From: Scyliorhinus canicula
Lineage: Eukaryota
Direction: 5' to 3'
Assembly (NCBI RefSeq): GCF_902713615.1
Contig: NC_052160.1
Coordinates: 117,096,708-117,160,707 of the forward strand
DNA: 64,000 bases
The notes below the pieces were generated by a model, which saw nothing but the letters and a program-made list of their open reading frames with translations, ran no database searches and was not told the origin of the DNA. Both the position numbers and the translations under genes were made by a program. Positions 38,279 through 51,471 of the stretch are shown piece by piece. Numbering within the stretch: the first letter of the stretch is position 1; the number at the start of each line of letters is the position of its first letter.

Positions 38279-38529
38279 TTTTGTGAGGGCCACGAAGAAT
38301 CCAGCACAAGTTTTCAGGATACAAAGAAATAACATTTATTTACAAATTAACATATATATGCACAACAGCAGCAACAACTTCTCTCTCTGGTTCCAAACTG
38401 GCCAGCTCTATTTATGCAGGGAGTCTGCTAATGATTTCTCTGCCCCCCTCATTGGGGAAGCTCATACTCCAACAGGATTGTGGGATTGTCATTAGTCCCC
38501 AGCCAATGGTAAGCAGGCAGGTTATAACA
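38279..38529 (-). repeat. 3' LTR
   Basis: Direct repeat of 42745-43016 with a ~20-bp deletion and a few substitutions. Confidence 0.95.
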
Positions 38530-38559
38530 TCCCTCGCCCCCAAAGTCCAAGGAATCCAC

Positions 38560-41500
38560 CGAAGACCCTGGCGAAGGAGGGCGTCGGACTCGGTTTGCCG
38601 CAGGCCAGACACCATTTACACAAGGCGCTGGATCAGGCGGCGTGTAACGAGATGGAGACCGGCGCTTCCGTGATGAACGACATAACGGTTGTACATCCAC
38701 GGCCCGTCGGCCCGAGGCCCCTTCTGAGGTGGCTTGTGTCTCCATCTCGGACTCAGAGTCTGCTGCCTCCGTCATCTCGGTGTCTTTATCTCCACGCGGT
38801 TCTGTCACGACCTGCGCAGGCTTCGAGTGAAGCACCAGAGGAAGATTGTGAGGAATACTTTCCACTGTGTCTGGTCTCTTTGGCTGTAGGAATGAGCTCC
38901 TGGGGAGGGCAATCTTTGGCAGGGATAGTCTTCTGGACCGAACATGGTCTACATGTTTGCGCTGGAGACGCCACTGGGCTTGCACCTGGTAAGAGATAGG
39001 GCCCGTTTAGCGAAAGATTACGCCAGGGACCCACTGGGCACCACCAGCAAAATTCCGAACGAATACTGGGTCACCGGGCGTAAACTGCTGAATCGGCCGA
39101 TGCCGAGAAAAACCATGTCCCTGCCGTTCTTGTGTGTGGCGTACGTTTGCGCCAATGTCCGGGAAAACCATGCTAAGGTGGGTGCGAAGTCTCCGGCCCA
39201 TTAGGAGTTCTGCGGGAGCTACCCCAGTCACCACATTGGGGGGGGTGGTCCTATATGAAAACAAAAACCGAGCCAGTCTCGTGTCCATCGACCTGGAGGA
39301 CTGCTTCTTTAGGCCTCGTTTGAATGTCTGCACTACGCGCTCCGCCAACCCATTTGAAGCCGGGTGGTAAGGGGCAGTGCGGATATGGCGTATGCCGTTC
39401 ATCTTCATGAACCTTGCAAACTCCACACTTGTGAACCATTGTCCGTGACCAGCACCTCAGGGAGGCCATGCGTACTGAAAGACAAACGCATCTTCTCGAT
39501 TATTGCGCAGGACGTTGTGCCTCCCATCTTATGCACCTCTAGCCATTTAGACTGGGCATCGATTAATAGCAGGAACATGGATCCTTGAAAAGGGCCGGCG
39601 AAATCCGCATGCAAGCGCGCCCAAGGCCGCCCTGGCCATTCCCAGTGATGTAGGGGCGCAGCCAACGGAAGCCTCTGATGCTCCTGGCAAATGGAGCAAT
39701 TTTGGGCCACCTTCTCAATGTCGGTGTCGAGGCCTGGCCACCAGACATAACTCCGGGCCAACATTTTCATTTTGGTCACACCTGGATGCCCATTGTGCAA
39801 GTCTATCAGTATCAACTCCTGTCCTTTTCCCGGGACAATCACACGCATCCCCAACAAAAGGATGCCGTCTTACACGCTGAATTCGGACAGCTTGGAGGAA
39901 AATGCCCGCAACTGGCCTGGGAGCTGTCTATGCTGCCCACCATACAGGACTATGTGCCGAACCTTTCACAGGACTGGCTCCGTCTGGGTCCACTCACAGA
40001 TCTGTGATGCCATGACAGGCAAGGTGTCCAGAAACTTTAGGGTTGCAACCACCTCACCGGTCGTGGGGGTCGACAAGGGGCCGGTCGATAAAGGCAACCG
40101 GCTCAGTGCGTCGGCATTCCCTATCTGGGTTCCTGGTTTGTGTTCCAGAGAATACTCGTATGCAGCGAGCAACAAAGCCCAGTGCTGGATCCGTGCGGAA
40201 GTACTGGCTTATCCTCTCAAAGTCCCAGCAGAGGCTTATGATCAGTTACGATAGTGAAGTGGCGGCCATATACGTACTGGTGGAAACGTTTCACCGCAAA
40301 GACCACTGCCACGCCCTCCTTCTCGATCTGCGCGTACTTTTATTTCCGCTGCAGTCAATGTGCGGGAGGCGAAAGCTATCGGCTGCTCGGCCCCGTTCTC
40401 CATCTTGTGGGACAGGACAGCCCCAATACCATACGGAGATGCATCACATGTGACGAGCAAAGGCTTTCCAGGATCATAGTGGGTTAGTGAACCAGAAGAC
40501 AACAATTGTTGTTTTACCCGCCGGATAGCGATTTCTTGCAGCTGACCCCAAACCCAGGTGTGATTCTTCTTTAGCAGAAGGTGCAACAGTGCAGTTTCCA
40601 GATTGAGGAGGAACTTACCGTAATAGTTTACGAGGCCGAGAAACGAACGAAGATGTGAAGCGTCAGTCGGGGCGGGGGCCTGTTGAATCGTGCGCACCTT
40701 CTCTGCGATGGGTTGCAAACCTTCGCAGTTCACCCGATAACCCAGGTAGACTACTTCCTTCGCTTGAAAAACGCACTTTGTGCGACGAACACGGACTCCA
40801 GCCTCCGAAAAGCGTCGGAGGACAGCCTCCAAATTTTCTAAATGTTCCTGCTCCAACGTCCCTGTGATCAAAACATCATCTAAGTAAACAGCAACACGTG
40901 GTAAACCTCTCAAAATGCCCTCCATAATGCGTTGAAAAATAGCGCAGGCAGAGGATACTCCAAAGGGCAAATGTGTATATTCATACAGGCCCCGGTGTGT
41001 ACTAATCGTTACATATGACCGGGAGGCAGGGTCCAGCTCCAACTGTAGGTAGGCGGACTCATATCTAATTTTGTGAACGTGAGTCCGCCTGCAAGCTTCG
41101 CGTAGAGATCCTCTATGCGAGGCATTGGGTATCGGTCGAGTCGGGAAGCCGTATTCACTGTACGTTTATAGTCACCACACAAACGAACTGTGACATCTGA
41201 CTTCATTACAGGTACAATTGGTGCTGCCCAGTCAGCGAAACGGACGGGCCTGATGATACCCAAAGTCTCCAAACGAGTGAGCTCCCTTTCTACATTCTCG
41301 AGCAAGGCGTAAGGCACCGGGCGCACCCGGATATAGCGCGGCGTGGCTCCTGGTTCGACTTGGATACGGGCTACAGCCCCTTTTATTTTCCCCAAACTGG
41401 GCTGGAATACATCTGGGTATCGTCCTAGCACCTCAGTCAACCCTCCAGAAACTGTTTGGAGGATGTGCTGCCACTTCAACCGCAAATAGCGCAACCTGTC

Positions 41501-42663
41501 CTGACCCAACAGGCTGGGCCCATGGCCGCGCACCACGATAAGTGGGAAATGCCCCTCCTGGCGTCCATAAACAACAGGGGTCATCATAGTTCCTGCAATG
41601 TCCAATGGCTCCCCCATACAGGTGGCCAATCTGGCCTGTGTGTCAGTTAATGTAAGGGTCTGTATACCCTGCTTGATGCGGTCGAATGTCCTCTGGGCGA
41701 TCACGGAGACCGCTGGGCCAGTGTCCAACTCCATCTCAAGCGGGTTACCAGTGACCCGTACTGTCACTTTAATGGGGGCCACACGGGGAGCTGCCACACA
41801 ATGCAGCTGCAGGCAGTCATCCTCCGTCTCTACGTCCTTGGGAGTAGTTGCCGCATGTTCATCCAAATGAAAGGTACGGCCCCTGGGCTGGCCCCAGTTT
41901 CGGTCGGAATGATGGCGCCTCTGGCGCCCCCAGGACTGGCGTCCACGACGGGGTAGGCATCTACAAGTCTGACACGGACATGGCTCCACATCCATTGGTT
42001 CTGGAGAAGGCTCCCTTCAGGGAGGAATGTCTGATTGCCACTGGCGTCGATCCGGACGTCGCCTTGCCCAAGGTACCGCAGGGGTGCGGGGGGGATGCTT
42101 TCGGACGGAAGGGGTTGCGCCCCAAGGAATGCACCTCCATTCCCTGTAGCTCCTGCACTCCTCGTTCTGCGCTCTCTCGGGACAATACTATTTGAATGGC
42201 CTGTTGAAAAGTCAATGTTGGCTCGGCTAACAACTTTCTCTGAGTGGCAGCACTGTTAATACCGCAAACCAAACGGTTGCGTAACATTTCTGACAAGGTC
42301 TCACCATAGTCACAGTACTCCGCAAACCTGCGTAGCCTGGATAGAAAGTCGGCAAGGGATTCTCCTGGGATCCTTTCAGCGGTATTAAACCGGTAACGTT
42401 GGACTATCGTGGATGGGGTTGGGTTAAAATGTTGCCCCACTAAGTTCACAAGTTCATCAAACGTTTTGGTATCTGGCGCAGCTGGGTACGCAAGGCTCCT
42501 AATCACCCCAAACGTATGCGGCGCAGGCGGTGAGCAATATGACCACCTGGCGCTCGTTTTCAGTGATGTTGTTTGCCTGGAAATAGTAACGCATCCGTTG
42601 TGCGTACTGGTTCCAGCTTTCCAGCTCAGCATCAAAAACATCCAAACATCCATACAGAGGCAT
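38560..42663 (-). pseudogene. gag-pol: Gypsy gag-pol (gag, PR, RT, RH, IN), multiply frameshifted
   Basis: MPLYG.LDVFDAELESWNQY (gag), MELDTGPAVSVI (PR), YLDDVLITG (RT), TCDASPYGIGAVL (RH), LHNGHPG...CSIC, LHADFAG, VTDNG, SNGLAERVVQTFK (IN). Confidence 0.95.
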
Positions 42664-42744
42664 GGTGTAATAGAAAACAACTTCCAACCTGTATCCAACA
42701 AAAATCCAGTGTAGACAGCTGTTCACTTTAACCCTCATCGCCAG

Positions 42745-43016
42745 TTTTGTGAGGGCCACGAAGAATCCAGCACAAGTTTTCAGGATACAAAGAAATAACA
42801 TTTATTTACAAATTAACATATATATATATACAACAGCAGCAACAACTTCTCTTGCTGCCAAACTCCTCTCTCCCTGGTTCCAAACTGGCCAGCTCTATTT
42901 ATGCAGGGAGTCTGCTAATGATTTCTCCGCCCCCCTCATTGGGGAAGCTCATACTCCCACAGGATTGTGGGATTGTCATTAGTCCCCAGCCAATGGTAAG
43001 CAGGCAGGTTATAACA
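42745..43016 (-). repeat. 5' LTR
   Basis: TGTTATAAC...CACAAAA on the minus strand, followed by C and the PBS. Confidence 0.95.
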
Positions 43017-43470
43017 CTTCCCCACCCAATCTCCTCCTCCACTTCTGTCTCTCTGCCTCGCTGTCAAACTGAACCAACTCCATTCTCCCCCATTATCTGT
43101 CCACCTCTGTGCTACCTCACTTTCATGGTTCCACGTTTCCCTCTACTAATACAGGCTTTGTATCTGCTCACTTGTTTCTCATTTCATACTCACCGTTTCC
43201 TCCAGCATGTTCATATTTTTGGTCTTCCCTTTTCCTTCATCTCAATGTTATCCTATGATACAGAAGCATGGTGACTGCTGTACCATCCGTTTGTCTGATA
43301 TCATGTCTTAGACTATTTTTATGGAGGGTGCGGTGGCATAGTGGTCGCATCGCTGGATTAGTGATCCAGATGTTTGGATTTGATTATGTAAGGCTCTCTG
43401 ACTGTCTGCCAATCGGGATGACTTTGGTGAAACTGACATTTATATCCAAAGAAAAACTTAAATTCATATT

Positions 43471-43868
43471 AGCACGGTAGCATAGTGGTTGGGCAGCACG
43501 GTAGCATAGTGGTTGGGCAGCACAGTAGCATAGTGGTTAGTACAATTGCTTCACAGCTCCAGGGTCCCAGGTTCGATTCCCGGCTTGGGTCACTGTCTGT
43601 GCGGAGTCTGCACGTTCTCCCCGTGTATGCGTGGGTTTCCTCCGGGTGCTCCTGATTCCTCCCACAGTCCAAAGATATGCAGGTTAGGTGGATTGGCCAT
43701 GCTAAATTGCCCTTAGTGTCCAAAATTGCCCTTAGCGTTGGGTGTGTTTACTGGGTTATGGGTTTAGGGTGGGAGTGTGCACTTGGGTAGGGTGCTCTTT
43801 CCAAGAGCCTGTGCAGACTCGATGGGCCGAATGGCCTCCTTCTGCACTGTAAATTCTATGATCTATGA
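43471..43868 (+). mobile_element. V-SINE with CR1-type tail and triplicated 5' head
   Basis: (GGGC)AGCACGGTAGCATAGTGGTT x3, V-domain, tail GATGGGCCGAATGGCCTCCTTCTGCACTGTAAATTCTATG. Confidence 0.92.
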
Positions 43869-43899
43869 TATTGTACCTTTTGTCACCTCAGGTGATCAA

Positions 43900-44080
43900 A
43901 GGCAGCTAAGGAAGTACTTTTCAAGTGTGGTCACTGTTGTAACGTCGGAAACAAGGCAGTCAATTTGCAGTCACCAAGGCTTTGCAACCAGCAAAGAGAT
44001 AACAATCAAATAATGTGCTTCAATTATGTTGGCTGAGGGATAAATATTGGCCAGCCTACCTGGATGAATTCTACTTCGAC
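43900..44080 (-). mobile_element. Probable Deu-domain (SacSINE-like) SINE fragment
   Basis: GAAGTACTTTT.AAGTGTGGTCACTGTTGTAA...GTTGGCTGAGGGATAAATATTGGCCAG resembles the recalled Deu-SINE 3' half. Confidence 0.5.
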
Positions 44081-45502
44081 ATATTATTGTTACCATGACT
44101 TAAACCGGCAGCACTGAAACGAAAGACTATTTATGGACAGTCTAATATTTCTAGGTAAAGTCTGGTTGGGTAGCAGCAGTTATAGATTGTCTTTTTGTAA
44201 GATGGTTGTTCCAGGACAGGGTTGCGCACGGCAAACAACAGTACTGGCTCAGAAAAATCCAAACATCTGGATTGAAATAGTTGGCTTCGAAACCAGCTTC
44301 AGAATGACAACCATTATTATTTTTGATTCCGAAAAATATTATTTAAATGTGAGGAAGTAACTGTTTGCGAGAAAGAATAACATCTCAGAAGGATGTCATC
44401 TCAGAAAACGCAGTCATCCACTCTGTGTTCCAGCAGGATGCAGCCAGAACAATACAATATACTTACTGTTTCAAGACATTTTGAGTTTCCACTGTAATCT
44501 TTCCTTGTTGCTCAGGCTATTTGAGTAGTTGAAGCACAACCCAAGAGAGAGTTTTACTTTTGTCTAGTTTCCCTTTAAAAATAATGGGCCGAGGTTTCCT
44601 CAGGGTCTGGCAGAGCGCCAGCATGAACAGGGAGGGGAATGATGAGAATGAGTAATGCGACAGAACATTGATAATTCAAGGTCTCTGCCCTGAAGCTCAT
44701 CATCAAGAGAATTCCACCCGGCAATATCGGCAGTGGTTCGTTCCAGCCCCTGGGAGGGTGCCAATTGTGAAAGAGGTGGATCTTGTGGGATGGCATCTTC
44801 AGCTGAAATTCCCAATGCTGCCACTTCCTTTGGCTACATGTACTGGACAATAACAGTATACAGGTGTTCAATGCAGCGAGTGATACTCCTGGCCTGGAAC
44901 ATTCATGGAGATAAGCAGCTGCTGTGGTCATTTTGGCTCTCTTATAAAAGAGCATATTTGACATACCAGTGAAGCCGCAGCCATCTACTCTTTCTGCTAT
45001 AAAGGCTCTAACCCCCACACCATTTCATGACCGTCCCCTTTCCGCCTAAGTGGTGTGCAAGATGAGTTGATAGCAGCTCACATGCATTGTGATACTTAAA
45101 TTGTTTGACCTCAGATTAGTTGGTCACAGGCAGATGCAATTTCTATTCCGAAATAGTTACGGTGGCAGAATTGAAATTGCTAGTCTTCTGCTCCCTGTCT
45201 ACGTTCTCGGAGTACTTTTCTCATTCTAAACTCAGCACTGTGACTCCTGCTCGAGTTGGGAAGCTGCAGTGGGGGATAGCAGACTTCCTGCCTTGCTTTT
45301 ACTTCCAATGCAGCTGTATAACCTCAAGCTCAATGCAGGAGGTAGAATTTCCATAAGGTTAAGGAGCAGCTTGTTTCTCCAATGCTCAACTACCACCAAG
45401 TGCTCAACTCACAATGTTGCAATGAAATATTATTGGCGAGACAAATTGAAAGGAGATTCGCAATGTTTTTCAGAGAACGTTCGCTTTGCAGAGCAAATGT
45501 GT

Positions 45503-45848
45503 GGGCAGCCGGTGGCACAGTGATTAGCACAGTTGTTTCACAGCTCCAGGGTTCCGGATTCAATTCCCGGCTTGGGTCACTGTCTGTGCAGAGTCTGCAC
45601 GTTCTCCCGTGTTTGCGTGAGCTTCCTCCGGATGCTCTGGTTTCCTCCCACAGTCCAAAGATGTGCAGGTTAGGTGGATTGGCCATGCTAAATTGCCCTT
45701 CGTGTCCAAAAAAGGTTAGGTGGGGTGACAGGGATAGGGTGGAGGTGTGGGGATGGGGTGGGGGTATGGGCGTAGGTAGGGTGCTCTTGCCGGGGGCCGG
45801 TGCGGACTCGATGGGCTGAATGGCCTTCTTCTGCTCTCTAAATTCTGT
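45503..45848 (+). mobile_element. V-SINE with CR1-type tail
   Basis: tRNA head, V-domain, tail GATGGGCTGAATGGCCTTCTTCTG. Confidence 0.9.
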
Positions 45849-46789
45849 GAAAAATAAATCTGTGTACAGAACCAGGCTAGTTTGGCATCTATAACCTGTT
45901 GGATCAATGAAACAAATGGAACAAAATATCTGAACCTGAGCAATTAAGGAAAATGGTTTGACAACAGCCTGTCTTAACAGGCGAATAAGAGTAGTGTAGC
46001 TCTCCCAATTGCTTTGTGAGTAAAAATGTTGTTCCGTAAAATCGGAAATCTCTGGACTTTAATCAGATCGTACTACTGAACATTCCTTTAATATTTATGT
46101 GCATAACTGTTTCACTTATTTCAGGTTATTATGATTATTGCTGATCACTGTCAGATCAGATTAAAGGCGCCTGTAAGTATTATAATACCACAAATGACTT
46201 GGTTTGTTTGTAATAAAACATTCTAACAATATTTGGGAGGAAATGGCTGTGAATTTTCTATTTTATCTGTTGCTGTTGTTAGTTGCTTGCTACGGGGTCC
46301 CAGTTCAGATTAACATTTGAATTTACGTTTCCCTCCAGAGGATAGCTATTTTGCTTCGGTCATCTGGGAAAGTGAGGGAGTGAAATTATCCCGGGAGAGT
46401 TATTTTCCCACATCGCTCAAGTCCACATTCTGGGCAGCCAATCAAGAAACACCAATGACATCACTGGCAGAGCTGGCCGTGGGCTGGCCCTTCCGGCTCC
46501 CTCATCAGGAACAGCAGTGACGAGGTAGCAGGTCAAACCCAGGAGAATAAACAAATGGGGAATTCATTACAAATTACCAACAAAAGAAATTACTTGCAGG
46601 GAAGCTGTCCATGAACAAGATAAATCATCCCAAAGCACAATCCGGCAGTGTAGAACAAATCTTTGAAAGGATCTTTAGAGACATTTAAATATAGACGCTT
46701 TGGTTTGGCAGGCTAAATGAAAGCTAGACAATTAAAACAATAGAATGTGTGCATGTCCTTCCATGTACTTGAAGGACAGAAATTTGTAC

Positions 46790-46985
46790 TGTTTTTATTC
46801 ATTCTTGGGCTGTGAGCATTGCTGGCAAGACCAATATTTATTGCCCCTTCATAATTTTGCTTGAAAATGTAGTGGTGAATCATCTTCTTTGGACTGGTGT
46901 CGGTGCTGTCACATTGCTGTTAGGAAGGGTGTCCCAGGGTTTTGACCCAGTAATAATGAAGAAACAGAGGAGCAGTTCCAAGTGC
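46790..46985 (-). mobile_element. LINE 3' end (partner-type of the 15163 SINE family)
   Basis: Reverse complement of the tail seen at 61.2-61.4 kb. Confidence 0.65.
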
Positions 46986-47386
46986 CTTGAGTCATTTTAC
47001 AACCTTAAAGGTGGTACGTGTCTGCAAGCTGTTGTTGTAATAATGGTAAGGCCTTTTCCCAGGCATCCTGAACATATAAAGATGATTTAGGATGTCTGCT
47101 TGCTAGAGTGCCAAGAGTATTTAGAAGAGTCGAGGGTTGCAAATTAATATAATATAGTAATAAAAGGAAAGTAGCACCAGTCTTTAACAAACATTGATGA
47201 ATATTATGATCTAAATTTCCACACATTGGAGAGATTCTCCAACTGCACGGAAATGCAGGCAGAGGTCTGAATCCGAAAGTCCAGCCCTTGAACTCAACCT
47301 CCATCATTTTTGCAGTGGGGAGAAATAGGGGCAGGTTATAACTAGCACGTTCATGGTTCCCAGAGGCAGCTGTCAATATAAATTGA

Positions 47387-47695
47387 TGGCAGGGTAGCAC
47401 AGCGGTTAGCACTGTTGCTTCACAGCACCAGCGTCCCGGGTTCGATTCCTGGCCCGGGTCACTGTCTGTGAGGAGTCTGCATGTTCTCCCTGTGCCTGTG
47501 TGGGTTTCCTCTGGGTGCTCCGGTTTCCTCCCACAAGTCCTGAAAGACGTGCTTGTTAGATGAATTGGACATTCTAAATTCTCCCTCAGTGTACCCGAAC
47601 AGGCACTGTAGTGTGGCGACTAAGGGATTTTCACAATAACCTCATTGCAGTGTTAATGGAAACCTACTTGTGACACTAATAAAGATTATATTATA
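47387..47695 (+). mobile_element. V-SINE with (TAA)n tail
   Basis: GGTTCGATTCC B box, V-domain, tail CCTACTTGTGACACTAATAAAGATTAT. Confidence 0.9.
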
Positions 47696-48519
47696 AAAAT
47701 CAGCAGCTGACTCCACTGATGTATGAGTTTGGTGAAACCTCTCGTGTGCCGATTAGACCTGGCAAGAGCCGGTCTGAACCCTGAGATTTGTTTGGAAAGC
47801 CAGCGTATTCTTTTTGAGAGCTAAGGTGCCCATTTGAATATGGTCCCATGACTAAAGCATAATCAGACAAAAACAAAATCACTGATGTTCATGGTTGTTG
47901 GAGGGCTGCTTGAATATTTGATTAAGAATTGTGTTTTGAGGGAGGCAAAAACACAGAGATATAAGGCAGAATCTTATTGTGGACTCGGGCATCTCATCTG
48001 CCAGTTGGAGAACTGGTGAGATGCCCAAGCCGCTTCTTTTTGGGAAGGTGTCAATCAGGCAGTGGCAAGGCCAGCCTTGGATCTTACTTTGGAATCAAGA
48101 CCCTGGGAGTGAAAGTCTCACCCAGTGAGAGCTGCCGACCAATCAGAGGCTGGCAGCTCTTGTACTCAGCAGTGTCCCTGGGGAGGCCGGGCCTGCTGCC
48201 TGTAAGACACCCCCTGCAGTCCCAGAATCAAGAGGGCTCAGGGATGGGGCTGGTTTTGTGGACTGAGAGTTGCAGGGAGAAGTATCATAGGAGTCCTCTT
48301 GTAGCTGAGTTAATCCCAGCAGTGGTGGGATAATGCCCTTAAGTGGTGCTTTAGTGGCCTATTAGGAGCCTCAATTGGTCGCAAAGCTAGAAGGTTGACC
48401 ATGGGCCTTTCCACCAGAATATAATTTTGGTGGAGGTGGGAAGGTGGCCAAGCTTGGGTACACCATTATCCTGCCTAAATAAATCTTGTTTTCAGGTTTG
48501 CCACAAGTGGGGACAGAAA

Positions 48520-48840
48520 ATTCCACCACAGAGGAGGTGTTCTCGGGCTTGGAGCATAAATAGCTGAATGCACACCTGTCAATGGCGAAGGCATTGCAAT
48601 GTCTGTGCTGCAGGAATACAACATTGTAGGAGGGTTGTAGCGCTGGACAAGGTCAGAGAGATAGAGATGGGCAAAACCTTGATGAAATTTGAACAAGGAT
48701 GAGAATTTTAAAATCAAGGCATTTAATTTAAAAACAAGCTGATGCATATCAGTGAATATAGATCATGGGTGAGCGAGGCATGATGCTGGATAAGATTGGA
48801 GAGTCTGGATGAGCTTACGTTTATGGGGAGTTAAAGGAGA
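48520..48840 (-). mobile_element. L2-type LINE fragment
   Basis: ACAAGGATGAGAATTTTAAAATC and an ORF-track fragment FKLNALILKFSSLFK...LYLSDLVQRYNPP. Confidence 0.6.
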
Positions 48841-48853
48841 ACATGGTGTTTTT

Positions 48854-49222
48854 TGTGTTGCTAAATTCAGGATGGTTGGCATAGTGTTCACAAATACCAC
48901 AAAATAGCTTCAACTTGAACAAAGCTATAAATGTATTAACACTACTATTTTGGATTCAACACGTACACCTAAGCAATACACAGTTGATAATTAACATATG
49001 ATCTACATTCACCTACAAATACTCTCTACACTTTAATAAACTATGATCTGCTCTTACTCATACTATCTTTCATTCAGTCTATGCTCTAGCTAACTCCTAC
49101 ACTTAACTCCCCCCTAAGGCTTAACATAGATGTCTTATATATTTGTAACTCTAGCTCCCTCTAGTGGCTGATCTAGCCATTTCAATAACCATTGCAGTTC
49201 TTACATTTATGATAATACCACA
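48854..49222 (-). mobile_element. Possible solo LTR
   Basis: TGTG...CACA ends; AAAGCTATAAA segment shared with the 28236 LTR; TSD not clear. Confidence 0.4.
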
Positions 49223-50329
49223 GTGGTGTGGGGGGGGGGGGGGGGGAGAAAATTACAGTCCTGTTGTGGGGGGGGGGGGTGCGGGGTGTCGGGAGGGGTT
49301 TTGGAGGGGGGCGTAAAATGCAGCAAGCCATTCAGAGGTCCATGGTCTTCGGCTGGAATGTGGAATCCCACCAGAGTAAAATTCCACCCATGGAGTCTGG
49401 AGTTCACAGAGACTTGATTGAAGGTTGCAGTAACAGATGGGCTGAGGCATAGAAGGAGGCAAGTGTTGTTGCTGGATATCAGAGGTGAAGGGAAATAGGA
49501 GTTGTCTACCTGGTCGTTACACAGCTGATTAGGGGGAAAATAACGCTCCAGCAATATAGCATTAGTTTGTACAATTTTGGCTTAATTTTTAATCAAATTG
49601 CAAACTGACCGGGGGAACCTTCTCTCCAGTCATTGCAATGTTGAACAGAGAAGGTTACACATCCACATTGAAACGTACGCAAGGAGTGCCGATTTCTGAC
49701 TTCAAGTGCTGATGTAACCTGGATTAATTAACTTCTTCAATCATCGTAACAAACAGGTTAGAAACAAAGTTTGGCGTGGCAACAGAGAACAGAAAAGTGA
49801 CATTTAAATAATAAATGAACTTACTGCATCTCATCCTGATTAGCATAATGAAGAATGAAAATTGTGACTCTGATACATGATTTTCATGTCTCTCTGTAAC
49901 ACCAAAAGATGCAATAAATCTCCAAGTTACACCATCCTTTCCAACTCTAGTCCTCACACGAATCTGTTGCATTCCATCATGTGCACAGTAAAAGATACAG
50001 CAAAAAGCCTTGCATGGTTTAATGTTCTCAGTTTTTTGGGAGTATTTGCCTATATAAATGTGTGATCAGTTATAACAGTGGGAGACACACATTGGGAACA
50101 TGATGTTTTCTCAGAGAAAGGGCAATTGAAGGATGAGCATATCCTGAACTGACTGCTGCATTAGGAGCATTAATATCACCAAAGAAGGTGGACCTGTCCA
50201 ACCAGCCCTGTCTGTCAAGAAAGATATTTGAAAGTGTGAAAAGGAAACCACAGGAGGAAAAATATGAAAGATTAACAAATTGGATAAGGTCCGATTTAGA
50301 TTTGAGGCAGGACGAGGATAAGATAAGAT

Positions 50330-50680
50330 GGTCTGTTGGTAATATCACTGGGCTACTAATCCAGAGGTCCAGGATAATACCCTTGGTACATGGGTTCAAA
50401 TCCCACAATGGAAGCTGGTTGAATTCAAATTCAGCCAAGAAATCTGGAATATGTGAGCCGCAGTAATGGTGACCAAGACATCATCAATTGTTGTAAAACT
50501 CCATCTGGTTCACTGATCCCCTGCCATCTAAAATCATGCCTCCTGTACCCAGATTGGCCGACATGTGACTCCAAACCCACAACAATATGGTTTGCTCTTA
50601 ACTGTCCAAAGGTCTAGAAAAGCAATTAAAGGTGGGATCAAAAGCTGCCAGCGACACCAACATTCCATGAAAGAATTTAA
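50330..50680 (+). mobile_element. SINE of the 15163 family (older copy)
   Basis: GGGTTCAAATCCCA B box, CCATCTGGTTCACT, ACATGTGACTCCA, tail ACATTCCATGAAAGAAT. Confidence 0.78.
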
Positions 50681-51471
50681 AAGAGCACAAAAATTTAGAT
50701 TTATTAAAACTCAGATGAGCTGAATAAGCTCAAGGACATCTGCACGATTGCAATAGAATTTTCACTTGGATTTCGAGGTTTATTTTGCAGGATAGCAAAA
50801 AATAGGTACAGGGATCACTCCCTGTGCTGGAGGAAGGCTGGTTTATCACCAGATATTAGGCCTCAGACTTCAGATTGACTAAGTTCTATTCAGCAGTCAC
50901 TAACTTTTTGTTACTCCATCAGTAATTCCAATTTTCACTTTACAGTTCCATAATATATTTTGCATAACCTTGAGTGTTATGAATGGAAAAGGCATTCATG
51001 AACACAAAACTATCAACCCAGAGTCGAAGCAACAGCACATGCTTCTGGCCTCAAAGAAAGCTGCCCACAAAAACCTACTGATATCGGTGGCATTTATTCC
51101 TCCTTTCCCTACATTAATTTAATTCCAGTATCAGCTGAAGGGGCTCTCTTCGATAGCAATGTCATCATGCAGACTAAGCATCCAATCGCATTGAAGAACT
51201 CTCAGAGACTGCAAACCAGAAAATAAAATCCACTGATTATCATTCCATGGCGGGTATATTCATTTTACACTAAATGAAAGGGTAACATAAAGTACCTCTG
51301 GGATTTAGGTAAAAATTGAAAAACCTTTAAGTTTAGAAGGCAATTAAAAATGTGTATTTTTTTTACTAACGGGTAAATTTTGACATTCCATAAATACAAA
51401 ATTAGTTTTTCAGGATCAGAGAGGTTGTTCAAAAATAATCTGAAACCTGGTATGCTGTTAAAGACACAGTT

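Larger units (their letters stand above)
38279..43016 (-). mobile_element. Full-length Ty3/Gypsy LTR retrotransposon (Mag-like by TSD length and PBS; inference)
   Basis: LTRs at 38279-38529 and 42745-43016; perfect 5-bp TSD CTTCC (38274-38278, 43017-43021); PBS TGGCGATGAGGGT (42743-42731) resembles the complement of the tRNA-Ser(GCU) 3' end; PPT GGGGGCGAGGGA next to the 3' LTR. Confidence 0.97.

Noticed and set aside
44467-44516. Possible minus-strand 50-nt exon with GTAAGT donor
   Set aside because: Weak acceptor and unrecognised peptide.
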